Below, piece by piece: positions 10,716 through 18,821 of a stretch of DNA of 64,000 bases. How positions within the stretch are numbered: the stretch's first letter is position 1; every line of letters starts with the position of its first letter. This DNA is from Rhodoferax sp. (GTDB taxonomy: Bacteria > Pseudomonadota > Gammaproteobacteria > Burkholderiales > Burkholderiaceae_C): positions 14,038 to 78,037 of the forward strand of contig JARXAM010000072.1 in assembly GCA_029865845.1 (NCBI GenBank), read 5' to 3'. Below the pieces are notes generated by a model that did no database searches, was not told the origin of the DNA, and was given only the letters and a program-made list of their open reading frames with translations. The position numbers and the translations under genes are program-made.

Positions 10716-11819
10716 ATGTATTTGAAACACCCTCTTGCCCTGTTGGCCCTGACCCTTGCCTGCACCCATGCGTGGAACGCGCACAGCGCAAAACTGCGAC
10801 CACCTCCCCCACATACGGGCCCCATATCAACGATTAGCGATGGCACGCCCTACGGTGAGCGCGAGGACGCAATGCGCTTGGCCCAAGATATCGCGCAGCG
10901 CAACCCATGGGATGCGCAGTGGGTGCGCCACACCATCGCGAACGCGCGCATGGTCCCAAGCATTGTTAGGGCGATGACGCCGGCGGGGCCCGGCGTTCCC
11001 AAAAACTGGGCGGCGTACCGCAGCCGTTTTATCGAACCCCGACGCATACGTGCAGGCGTCGCTTTCTGGCGGGCCAACCAGGCCGATCTGGCGCGCGCAG
11101 AAGCGCAGTCGGGTGTGCCCGCCCGCATCATTGTGGGGATCATCGGGGTGGAGACCTTGTATGGGCGGCACTTGGGCAACTACCGCGTGATCGATGCTTT
11201 GTGTACCTTGAGCCTGGACTTTCCAGATGCCCACCCGCGCAAAGCCGAACGCAGCGCCTACTTTGCGCGAGAGCTGGAGGTGTTCCTCGGGTTGGTGCAG
11301 CGCACAGAAAGTGACCCCATGGCATGGCGGGGCAGTTACGCAGGCGCTATGGGATGGCCCCAATTCATGCCGACGAGCTGGCTGCGCTACGGCACCGACT
11401 TTGATGGCGACCACCAGGTGGACCTCTTCCACAGCCAAGCCGATGTGATTGGTTCGGTGGCTCGCTACTTCGAGGCGTTTCAGTGGCGTCGGGGCATGCC
11501 TACCCACTACGCAGTGGCCTTCGACCCGCTACGCGTGGACATGCCTACTTTGCTCGCCAACGACATCGTCCCCACCTTCACCGCCTCTGACATGCACGAC
11601 AAGGGAGTGATGCTGAACGCGCAGGGCCGCAGCCATGCCGGCCCACTCGCGCTGGTCGAGTTAAAAAATGGCAGCGCTGCACCCAGCTATGTGGCTGGCA
11701 CAGAAAACTTTTACGCCCTGACCCGGTACAACTGGAGCAGCTACTACGCCATGGCGGTAATCGAGCTGGGCGATGCGGTGGCCAGCGCCTTGCCCACCGG
11801 AGCTCGCGTGCCAAAATAA
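10716..11819 (+). CDS. mltB: Lytic murein transglycosylase B
   Basis: GIIGVETLYG, GSYAGAMGWPQFMPTS, EF-hand-like DFDGDHQVDL, TRYNWSSYYA. Confidence 0.93.
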   Translation: MYLKHPLALLALTLACTHAWNAHSAKLRPPPPHTGPISTISDGTPYGEREDAMRLAQDIAQRNPWDAQWVRHTIANARMVPSIVRAMTPAGPGVPKNWAAYRSRFIEPRRIRAGVAFWRANQADLARAEAQSGVPARIIVGIIGVETLYGRHLGNYRVIDALCTLSLDFPDAHPRKAERSAYFARELEVFLGLVQRTESDPMAWRGSYAGAMGWPQFMPTSWLRYGTDFDGDHQVDLFHSQADVIGSVARYFEAFQWRRGMPTHYAVAFDPLRVDMPTLLANDIVPTFTASDMHDKGVMLNAQGRSHAGPLALVELKNGSAAPSYVAGTENFYALTRYNWSSYYAMAVIELGDAVASALPTGARVPK

Positions 11820-11822
11820 GCC

Positions 11823-12722
11823 ATGGTTGCCGCACAGCACACTACCCTGGATCACTCCAACGAGTCGTCAACGGCGGCCCTCTTTGGTGCGGCCGTGGGT
11901 GACATCAACCGTGCGTTTTACATGGCCCACTTCGCGCGATTCGACACACGTCAGCGCCCGCACCTGAGCTGGAACTGGGCGGCAGCGTTGACCACCGTGA
12001 ACTGGCTCATCTTTCGGCAAATGTGGCAAGCGCTGGGGGCCTACCTGGCCACGGTGTTGGCCATAGGCCTGTGTTTTTTTGGCATCGGCCAACTGGTCTT
12101 CGATTTTTCGCAAGGGATGCAGTGGGGCCTGTTGCTGGTGTACATGGGCTTGCTCGTTGTGATCCCCGGCGCGGGAGCCAATGCGCTGTACTACTTGGCC
12201 ACGCGCAAGCGCGTGCAAGAGGCACTCGCACGCAATGAAACCGCAGCACAAGCCTGCCAACAGTTGGCCCGGCAGTCCAGCTCACGCAAAGGCTTGATCT
12301 TGCTCTGCGTCGCCAACGTGCTCCTGGCGGTCTTGGCAATCCAGTCGTACGCGGTGTTGCGCAGCGCAGTGCCGTTACAAACAGGTGCATCGACGCAGCG
12401 CCTGGAGACAACCTCCTCAGGACCCGTCGCCACGGGCCAGGCTGAGGGTGCACATACAGCTCCAGCAACACCTGCAGCACTGGTGCCCGCTGTCATCCCT
12501 GCACCCACCTCTGCACCCGCCGCGCCCAGCACGGCCCCCACCGTGGCACTACCGCTGCCCAGCCCTCCTCCACCGACCGCTGACAGGCAATCCCGCGCAG
12601 CCCCCCCCGAGCGGCAAATGCCGGTGCCCATGCGCTCGGCCGCAGCAGAGCGTGCTGCGCGCGAAGTCGCGCAAGCCAGGCGCCAAGCACCTGGCAGCGA
12701 CCAACCGGCCACCGCACCTTAA
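11823..12722 (+). CDS. DUF2628-like membrane protein with Pro/Ala-rich tail
   Basis: SWNWAA, WLIFRQMW, GANALYY motifs; 3-4 TM segments; low-complexity C-terminus. Confidence 0.7.
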   Translation: MVAAQHTTLDHSNESSTAALFGAAVGDINRAFYMAHFARFDTRQRPHLSWNWAAALTTVNWLIFRQMWQALGAYLATVLAIGLCFFGIGQLVFDFSQGMQWGLLLVYMGLLVVIPGAGANALYYLATRKRVQEALARNETAAQACQQLARQSSSRKGLILLCVANVLLAVLAIQSYAVLRSAVPLQTGASTQRLETTSSGPVATGQAEGAHTAPATPAALVPAVIPAPTSAPAAPSTAPTVALPLPSPPPPTADRQSRAAPPERQMPVPMRSAAAERAAREVAQARRQAPGSDQPATAP

Positions 12723-13588
12723 AAGCCGGCAGGTTCCAAAAACTGGGCGTACAGGGCGTCCAGCCAGTGTTCAATTTCTAAAGCACTGATGTGCAAAAAG
12801 GCCAAACAGGCTGCGCCGTGGGCCCCCCACTCCGGGCTCTGGGCCGCTCCCTCATGCAAGGCCACCAAATGGTCCGCCACCAAAGACATGGCCACCAGCG
12901 TACGGACCTCGGCAGGCACATGTTCGTCGCGCAGCACCGTGAAGTCATGGTGCAAGCGCACTGCGTGGGCTACGTGGGGAGGCAGTCGCCAGGTTTTGGC
13001 CACGATGGCCCCCACCACCGCATGGTCAGTGCGATGGCTGGCATTTTCGATGTCAGTACACGCTTGTTCCGACTGGGACAGAGCGCGTGTCAGGGTCGCC
13101 GCATACCCCGCAATGCCTTGCAGCATGACGGGGATACCTACGTTGCAAAACAGACCGCAGGTGTGTGCCAAGTCCGCGTTGACCCCATACATCTGCTTGG
13201 CGATGTACCCCATGGCGTAGGCGCGTCGCGTGGAGGTTTCCCAAAAATGCTGCAAAAGCGGTGACTTCGCAGGAATGGACTGGCGCAACAGAAAACCGGT
13301 CAAGATGGAGATCGTCTGGGACATACCCAACAAGGCCACCGCGTCCGCCACGGTGCCCGCCTGGCGCGAGCGCGCGTAGAAGGGACTGTTGGCCACCTTG
13401 ATGAGCGCCGCTGCCATGGCCACGTCACGGGCGGCAATCTGGGCAATTGCAGCGGGCTCTGGGTCATCGCGGTGCACAGCCACCCGCAAGTCGGACAACA
13501 AGGCCGGACAGGGCTGAATGACAATGTCTTTGAGCGGACCCTCGGCCCGTGCAATGTCAATCTCGTGGTCGATATCTGCTATGCGCAT
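12719..13588 (-). CDS. HDOD domain protein
   Basis: IARDVAMAAALIKVANSPFY, AVALLG, DHAVVGAIVAKTWRLP, HH; GGGAG RBS before ATG 13588. Confidence 0.88.
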   Translation of the reverse strand: MRIADIDHEIDIARAEGPLKDIVIQPCPALLSDLRVAVHRDDPEPAAIAQIAARDVAMAAALIKVANSPFYARSRQAGTVADAVALLGMSQTISILTGFLLRQSIPAKSPLLQHFWETSTRRAYAMGYIAKQMYGVNADLAHTCGLFCNVGIPVMLQGIAGYAATLTRALSQSEQACTDIENASHRTDHAVVGAIVAKTWRLPPHVAHAVRLHHDFTVLRDEHVPAEVRTLVAMSLVADHLVALHEGAAQSPEWGAHGAACLAFLHISALEIEHWLDALYAQFLEPAGF

Positions 13589-13621
13589 GTGTGCTCCCGT
13601 TCGCACACATTATGCAAATTC

Positions 13622-14578
13622 TCAGACCACTGGCACCAAAAATTCTCGGCTCACATGGGCACCCAAATCGTTGACCCGATCTAGGAACTGGGTGAGGTAC
13701 GCGTGCAGGCCGGTTGCCAGTATCTCGTCGATACGCCCGTACTGAAGTTCGGAGCGCAATTTGCCCGCGCGACGCAGGGTTTCGCTCTCTGGCCTGCCCG
13801 CCACCAATGACAAGTTGTTGACCACCTCATTCAGGCTGGCGTGCAGGGAGCGTGGCATGTCGGGCTTGAGGATCAGCAACTCTGCCACGCGTTCGGGTTT
13901 GATCACGTCGCGGTACACCTTGCGGTAGATCTCAAATGCCGACACGCTGCGCAGGATCGCGCTCCAGTGGTAGAAGTCGTACTCTTGGTCTTTCTCGCTG
14001 GCGACGCCAAAAAAGTCGCTCTGCACGGCGTGGAACTTCACATCCACCAGGCGTGCCGTGTTGTCAGCGCGCTCCAAAAACGTCCCCAGGCGCATGAAGT
14101 GCAAGGACTCGTCCATCAGCATAGTGCCCACCGTCACCCCGCGCGAGAGGTGCGAGCGGAACTTCACCCATTCGAAAAACTGCGAGGGGTCGCGCTCGAA
14201 CTCCCCGCTCTTGATCATGCGCTTGACTTCCAGCCACGTGGTGTTTTGCGTTTCCCATACCTCTGTGGTGAGCGCCCCGCGCACGGCGCGGGCGTTCTCG
14301 CGGGCCGCACTTAGGCAAGACATGATGGAGGATGGATTGCTCTCGTCCTTGACCATGAAGTCCATGACCTCGCGAGCCTGGATGTCGCCATGCCGCTGCT
14401 GGTAGGAATACAGCAGTTCGCTGATGGACAACAGGCCCTGCCAACCCATCTGGGCCACGGCGTGGGATTGGGGGAGCAACGATGTCTGGTAGTTCACATC
14501 CAGCATGCGTGCGGTGTTTTCTGCCCGCTCGGTGTAGCGGGACATCCAGAACAGGTGGTCAGCGGTGCGTGACAACAT
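13622..14578 (-). CDS. Alpha-E domain protein (DUF403)
   Basis: MLSRTADHLFWMSRYTERAENTAR, ARENAR, GTFLERADNTAR (duplicated ER motifs), PRS. Confidence 0.95.
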   Translation of the reverse strand: MLSRTADHLFWMSRYTERAENTARMLDVNYQTSLLPQSHAVAQMGWQGLLSISELLYSYQQRHGDIQAREVMDFMVKDESNPSSIMSCLSAARENARAVRGALTTEVWETQNTTWLEVKRMIKSGEFERDPSQFFEWVKFRSHLSRGVTVGTMLMDESLHFMRLGTFLERADNTARLVDVKFHAVQSDFFGVASEKDQEYDFYHWSAILRSVSAFEIYRKVYRDVIKPERVAELLILKPDMPRSLHASLNEVVNNLSLVAGRPESETLRRAGKLRSELQYGRIDEILATGLHAYLTQFLDRVNDLGAHVSREFLVPVV

Positions 14579-14602
14579 AAATAAGGTTCCTCGGCCTTGC
14601 GA

Positions 14603-16123
14603 CTACGGTGTGGGAGTCTGTGTTTGCGACTGGGTGGCGGCTTGTGCAGCGGGGGCTGTGGGCACGTCTTCTTCCAGTATCCAAGTGTCTTTGGTGCCGC
14701 CGCCTTGGCTGCTGTTGACCACCAGCGAGCCCTCTTTCAGGGCCACGCGGGTCAGGCCGCCGGGCACCATCTGCACGGTTTTTCCTGAGAGCACATACGG
14801 CCGCAGGTCGATGTGGCGCGGTGCGATGCCGCTTTCCACAAAGGTCGGGCAGCTCGACAGGCTCAGCGTGGGCTGGGCGATGTAGCCAGCGGGGTTGGCC
14901 AGCACGGCCTTGCGAAAGTCTTCAATCTCGGCCTTGGTGGCAGCAGGCCCCACCAACATGCCGTAGCCGCCAGCGCCGTGCACCTCTTTCACCACCAAGT
15001 CTTTGAGGTTGGCCAGGGTGTAGGCCAAGTCGTCCTTGTTGCGGCACATGTAGGTGGGCACGTTGTTCAGGATGGGTTTTTCACCCAGGTAGAACTCGAT
15101 CATCTTGGGCACGTAGGGGTAGATGGACTTGTCATCGGCGATGCCGGTGCCCACGGCGTTGCAGATGGTCACATTGCCTGCGCGGTAGGCATTGATGAGG
15201 CCAGCGCAGCCCAGGGTAGAGGTGGGGCGAAACACCGTGGGGTCCAGAAAGTCGTCATCCACACGGCGGTAGATCACGTCCACACGACGCGGGCCACGGG
15301 TGGTGCGCATGTAGACGAAGTTGTCCTTGACAAAGAGGTCCTGCCCCTCGACCAGCTCCACACCCATTTGCTGGGCCAAAAACGCATGTTCGAAGTAGGC
15401 GCTGTTGTACATGCCGGGGGTCAGCACCACCACGGTGGGCTCGTCAGTGGTGGCGGGGCTGCTCTGGCGCAGGGTCTCCAACAGCAAGTCGGGGTAATGC
15501 GCCACCGGCGCCACGCGGTGGGCGCTGAACAGATCGGGGAACAGCCGCATCATCATTTTGCGGTCTTCCAGCATGTAGCTCACACCGCTGGGTACGCGCA
15601 GGTTGTCTTCTAGCACGTAGTACTCGCCCTTGCCCTTGGCATCGGGTGCCCGCACGATGTCGATGCCGGAGATGTGGGAATAGATCTGGTGCGGCACGTC
15701 CACCCCGACCATCTCGGGGCGGAACTGGGCGTTGCCCTCGATCTGGTCGCGCGGCACGACGCCGGCTTTCAGGATGTCTTGGTCGTGGTAGATGTCGTGG
15801 ATGAAGCGGTTGAGCGCATTCACACGCTGCACCAGCCCTTTTTCCATGGTGGACCATTCGTGGGCCGGGATGATGCGAGGAATGAGGTCAAACGGAATCA
15901 GGCGCTCAGTGCCCGAGCCATCCTCGTCTTTTTCGCCGTACACGGCAAAGGTAATGCCCACACGGCGGAAGATCATTTCCGCCTCTTCACGACGCTTGGC
16001 CATCATGTCGCCGGGCTGGCGAGCGAGCCATTCGTCGTAGATTTTGTAGTGGTCCCTGATCTGGCTGCCCTGGCTGAAAAACTCATAGGGGAGCTGGGTG
16101 TACATCTCGTCGAATTTCTGCAT
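14603..16123 (-). CDS. Circularly permuted type 2 ATP-grasp protein
   Basis: GITFAVYG, PFDLIPR, LEDNLRVPSG, NSAYFEH, YRRVDDDFLDP, PGGLTRVAL, NSSQGGGTKDTW. Confidence 0.95.
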   Translation of the reverse strand: MQKFDEMYTQLPYEFFSQGSQIRDHYKIYDEWLARQPGDMMAKRREEAEMIFRRVGITFAVYGEKDEDGSGTERLIPFDLIPRIIPAHEWSTMEKGLVQRVNALNRFIHDIYHDQDILKAGVVPRDQIEGNAQFRPEMVGVDVPHQIYSHISGIDIVRAPDAKGKGEYYVLEDNLRVPSGVSYMLEDRKMMMRLFPDLFSAHRVAPVAHYPDLLLETLRQSSPATTDEPTVVVLTPGMYNSAYFEHAFLAQQMGVELVEGQDLFVKDNFVYMRTTRGPRRVDVIYRRVDDDFLDPTVFRPTSTLGCAGLINAYRAGNVTICNAVGTGIADDKSIYPYVPKMIEFYLGEKPILNNVPTYMCRNKDDLAYTLANLKDLVVKEVHGAGGYGMLVGPAATKAEIEDFRKAVLANPAGYIAQPTLSLSSCPTFVESGIAPRHIDLRPYVLSGKTVQMVPGGLTRVALKEGSLVVNSSQGGGTKDTWILEEDVPTAPAAQAATQSQTQTPTP

Positions 16124-16150
16124 GTATAAGACCTCTCTAGTTTCCTCTTA

Positions 16151-16166
16151 TGCAAACTTCGGGCCA
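16151..16166 (-). promoter_or_regulatory. Sigma54 (-24/-12) promoter for the ATP-grasp/alpha-E/HDOD operon
   Basis: Minus strand TGGCCCGAAGTTTGCA = TGGCxCG-N4-TTGCA with exact GG-N10-GC spacing, 27 nt upstream of the start codon. Confidence 0.75.
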
Positions 16167-16175
16167 CGGCGCCCA

Positions 16176-16302
16176 TGCACCACTATGGCACATCATGGTG
16201 CCAGTACCTCCGTGCGTCTTCCCGAAGACACGCCACATTTTGGGGATCTTCCGAGCGCCACAGCGATGCCCCACATCGGGGCGATAACACCAAATGGATG
16301 CG
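16176..16302. promoter_or_regulatory. Putative NtrC-type boxes
   Basis: TGCACCA-CTA-TGGCACA (16176-16192, 12/14 vs TGCACCA-N3-TGGTGCA); weaker TGCCCCA-CAT-CGGGGCG (16267-16283) and AACACCA-AAT-GGATGCG (16286-16302). Confidence 0.5.
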
Positions 16303-18663
16303 CAAGCCCGCATAACGCTCCACCACCTGCGCAGCCGGATGGCCGTAGCGATTGCGATAACCGGCTTGTACCAGCGCATGCCGTGGCTGCACCGCTTCCA
16401 AAAAGGCGAGGGAGCTGGATGTTTTGCTGCCGTGGTGGGGCACCAGCAAGAAATCGGCGCGCAACCTGTCCGCCGATTCCGGGCGTTGCAACAGCGCGCG
16501 CTCCTGCGCCGCTTCGATGTCGCCGGTTAACAAGGCCACTTGCCGTCCATTGCTGATGCGCAGTACACACGACACCGCGTTGGGGCTGGGCGGTGGCACC
16601 GCCGCGTAGTCGGATGCTGCAGGATGCAGGATCTCGAAATGCACGCCGTCCCACTGCCACTGCATGCCTGCCTCGCATCGACTGGAGCGCCGCAATTGCT
16701 GCAGCGCATGCTGAGGATCTATCGAACTGAGCAAACCAGCCTCTGGCTGCATCATCAACACCGCCGCTGCACCGCCCACGTGGTCCATGTCGCGATGGCT
16801 GAGCACCACGGTATCCAGGCGCACGTCCAGTGCCTTCAGGAGCGGCAGCAGCACACGGTGGCCTGCATCACTCTCCAGACTGTAGCGCGGCCCTGCATCA
16901 AACAACAGGGCATGCCCTTGCGTCTGCACCAGCACGGCATTGCCCTGCCCGACGTCCAGGGCCAATACCGAAAACTCACCCCCGCTTGGCAACGGTGGCC
17001 GCCACCACAAGCACGCCAACACGGGCACCACGCCCATTGCCCGCACGGCCCACGGCAGGGGCAACACCAACAACACCCCCCCGATGACGGCCCACAGGCC
17101 TAGCACGGTGGGGGGCAGGGGCAGGTTGACGCTGGCCCATGGCAGCGCGGCCAACACGTCCAATACGGCATACAGCAAGGCAATGGCACCCGAGGCGGCC
17201 GTCCACACCTCAGGCCACAGCACCCCCATAAGCGCCAGTGGCGTGATCACCAGCGTGACCCACGGGATGGCCAATGCATTGGCAAACAAGCCCACCAACG
17301 ACACTTGCCCAAACCACAGCACCGCAAGAGGTGCCAGAGCCACGGTCATGGCCCATTGTTCGCGCCACATGGCGCGCCCCGCCTGCAACCACCAGGACAG
17401 CGCGCGTAACTTTCGCATGCCACTGGCATCGCCTGGCGCAGGCGGCTGGTCATACCCGCCCAGCGCAGGCAAGGCCATGAACAACACCGCTACGGCCACA
17501 AAGCTCAACCAAAACCCCGCCTGCAGCATCGCCCAAGGGTCCCACAGCAGTACCACCACAGCCGTCCACAGTGCCACCCAAGGCCATGGCCAGCGTCCGC
17601 CCAACATTCGCAACGCAAGCACCACCGCCAGCATGAGGGTGGTGCGCTGTGCAGGCACGCCCCAACCTGAGAACAGCGCATACACCGCCGCCAGCGCCAG
17701 ACCCAACAGCCAGGCAGCGTGGGGTGCAGGAAGCCAGTCGCTCAAGCGAACTGACCGCCGCCACAAGCGCCCTGCCACGATCGTGGCCAGCCACGCAAAC
17801 ATCGTGACATGGGTGCCAGAAATGCTGACCAAGTGCGACACCCCCGTGGCACGGAACACATCCCAATCGTCGCGTTCAATGGCCCGCTGGTCACCCACTA
17901 CCAGTGCCGACAGCAAACCAGAGGTTCGTGCATCGCTGACATGAGCTTGGATGCGCTCGCGCGTCCACTGGCGAGCCTGCGCCACCGGCGCTTGCCAAGT
18001 CTGTGCCAGGTGCTGGGGCGGCGGCGCACCCTCGGTGGCGCGCACATAGCCGGTGGCCTGTACACCTTGCTCCCAGAGGTACAGCTCATAGTCAAAACCG
18101 TGCGGATTCACACTGCCATGCGGTGCTTTCAAGCGCACCTGAAACCCCCAACGCTGGCCCGCACGGACCTCGGCTGGGGGACGCTGCAACTCCGGGATGG
18201 CGGATGAAGCGTTGTAGGCACTGGAATACCAACCCAGGTCCAGCAATGCAGGCACGCCAATGGGCTGCCCATCCATCCAGGCCTCCTCCGGTGCAAAACG
18301 AAAACGCACACCGGTCTGCACATACTGTGGCATGTCAACCACCACGCCGGTGACCCACACATCACGCCCTTCCAGGCCGGGGTTCAAGGCCTGCCCTACA
18401 AACACCAACGCACGCAAGCCCGTCAGGCCCCACGCAAACGCGGCCCCCATGCACAACACCGTCACCTGGACCCACGGGCCTGTGCGGCGTTGCGTCACGA
18501 TGGCGGCATAGACCCCACACGCCAGCAATACCCCGCCCGCATAGACCCACCCCGAAGCAAGCGCCGCTTGCTGCAACTGCGCAGCGATACCGGCCAACAC
18601 ACCCACTCCGAGTGCCAAGCCGGTGTGGGGCCAACCAACCCGTGGGGATCGTGAGGCATGCAT
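16183..18663 (-). CDS. comEC: DNA uptake competence protein ComEC/Rec2
   Basis: NPHGFDYE, SHLVSISGTHV, GFWLSF; metallo-beta-lactamase motifs DVGQG, SHRDMDH, LTGD, PHHGSK, NRYGHP. Confidence 0.95.
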   Translation of the reverse strand: MHASRSPRVGWPHTGLALGVGVLAGIAAQLQQAALASGWVYAGGVLLACGVYAAIVTQRRTGPWVQVTVLCMGAAFAWGLTGLRALVFVGQALNPGLEGRDVWVTGVVVDMPQYVQTGVRFRFAPEEAWMDGQPIGVPALLDLGWYSSAYNASSAIPELQRPPAEVRAGQRWGFQVRLKAPHGSVNPHGFDYELYLWEQGVQATGYVRATEGAPPPQHLAQTWQAPVAQARQWTRERIQAHVSDARTSGLLSALVVGDQRAIERDDWDVFRATGVSHLVSISGTHVTMFAWLATIVAGRLWRRSVRLSDWLPAPHAAWLLGLALAAVYALFSGWGVPAQRTTLMLAVVLALRMLGGRWPWPWVALWTAVVVLLWDPWAMLQAGFWLSFVAVAVLFMALPALGGYDQPPAPGDASGMRKLRALSWWLQAGRAMWREQWAMTVALAPLAVLWFGQVSLVGLFANALAIPWVTLVITPLALMGVLWPEVWTAASGAIALLYAVLDVLAALPWASVNLPLPPTVLGLWAVIGGVLLVLPLPWAVRAMGVVPVLACLWWRPPLPSGGEFSVLALDVGQGNAVLVQTQGHALLFDAGPRYSLESDAGHRVLLPLLKALDVRLDTVVLSHRDMDHVGGAAAVLMMQPEAGLLSSIDPQHALQQLRRSSRCEAGMQWQWDGVHFEILHPAASDYAAVPPPSPNAVSCVLRISNGRQVALLTGDIEAAQERALLQRPESADRLRADFLLVPHHGSKTSSSLAFLEAVQPRHALVQAGYRNRYGHPAAQVVERYAGLRIHLVLSPRCGASLWRSEDPQNVACLREDARRYWHHDVP

Positions 18664-18715
18664 GCGCGGATGCTAACGCCTGTGGCGGTTCGGGCCGGAC
18701 CGCGCTTACGTCGCA

Positions 18716-18731
18716 TGGCGCGGACCTTGCT
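18716..18731 (+). promoter_or_regulatory. Sigma54 (-24/-12) promoter for the DUF2126 transglutaminase gene
   Basis: TGGCGCGGACCTTGCT = TGGCxCG-N4-TTGCT with exact GG-N10-GC spacing, 90 nt before ATG 18822. Confidence 0.7.
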
Positions 18732-18821
18732 TTGAACTCCGAGTCAAACCCGATTGTTAGTATGGGGTCCGTGCGGCAACCGCTGCACTGCGTCCCCTGT
18801 GAGATCTACCGAGACCGGCCC

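Noticed and set aside
13613-13630. Possible sigma54 motif before HDOD (TGGTCTGAGAATTTGCA)
   Set aside because: GG-to-GC spacing is 11, not the required 10
18612-18821. Upstream extension of the DUF2126 ORF
   Set aside because: Overlaps the comEC start and the sigma54 motif; the conserved N-terminus begins at MSIHAAL (18822)
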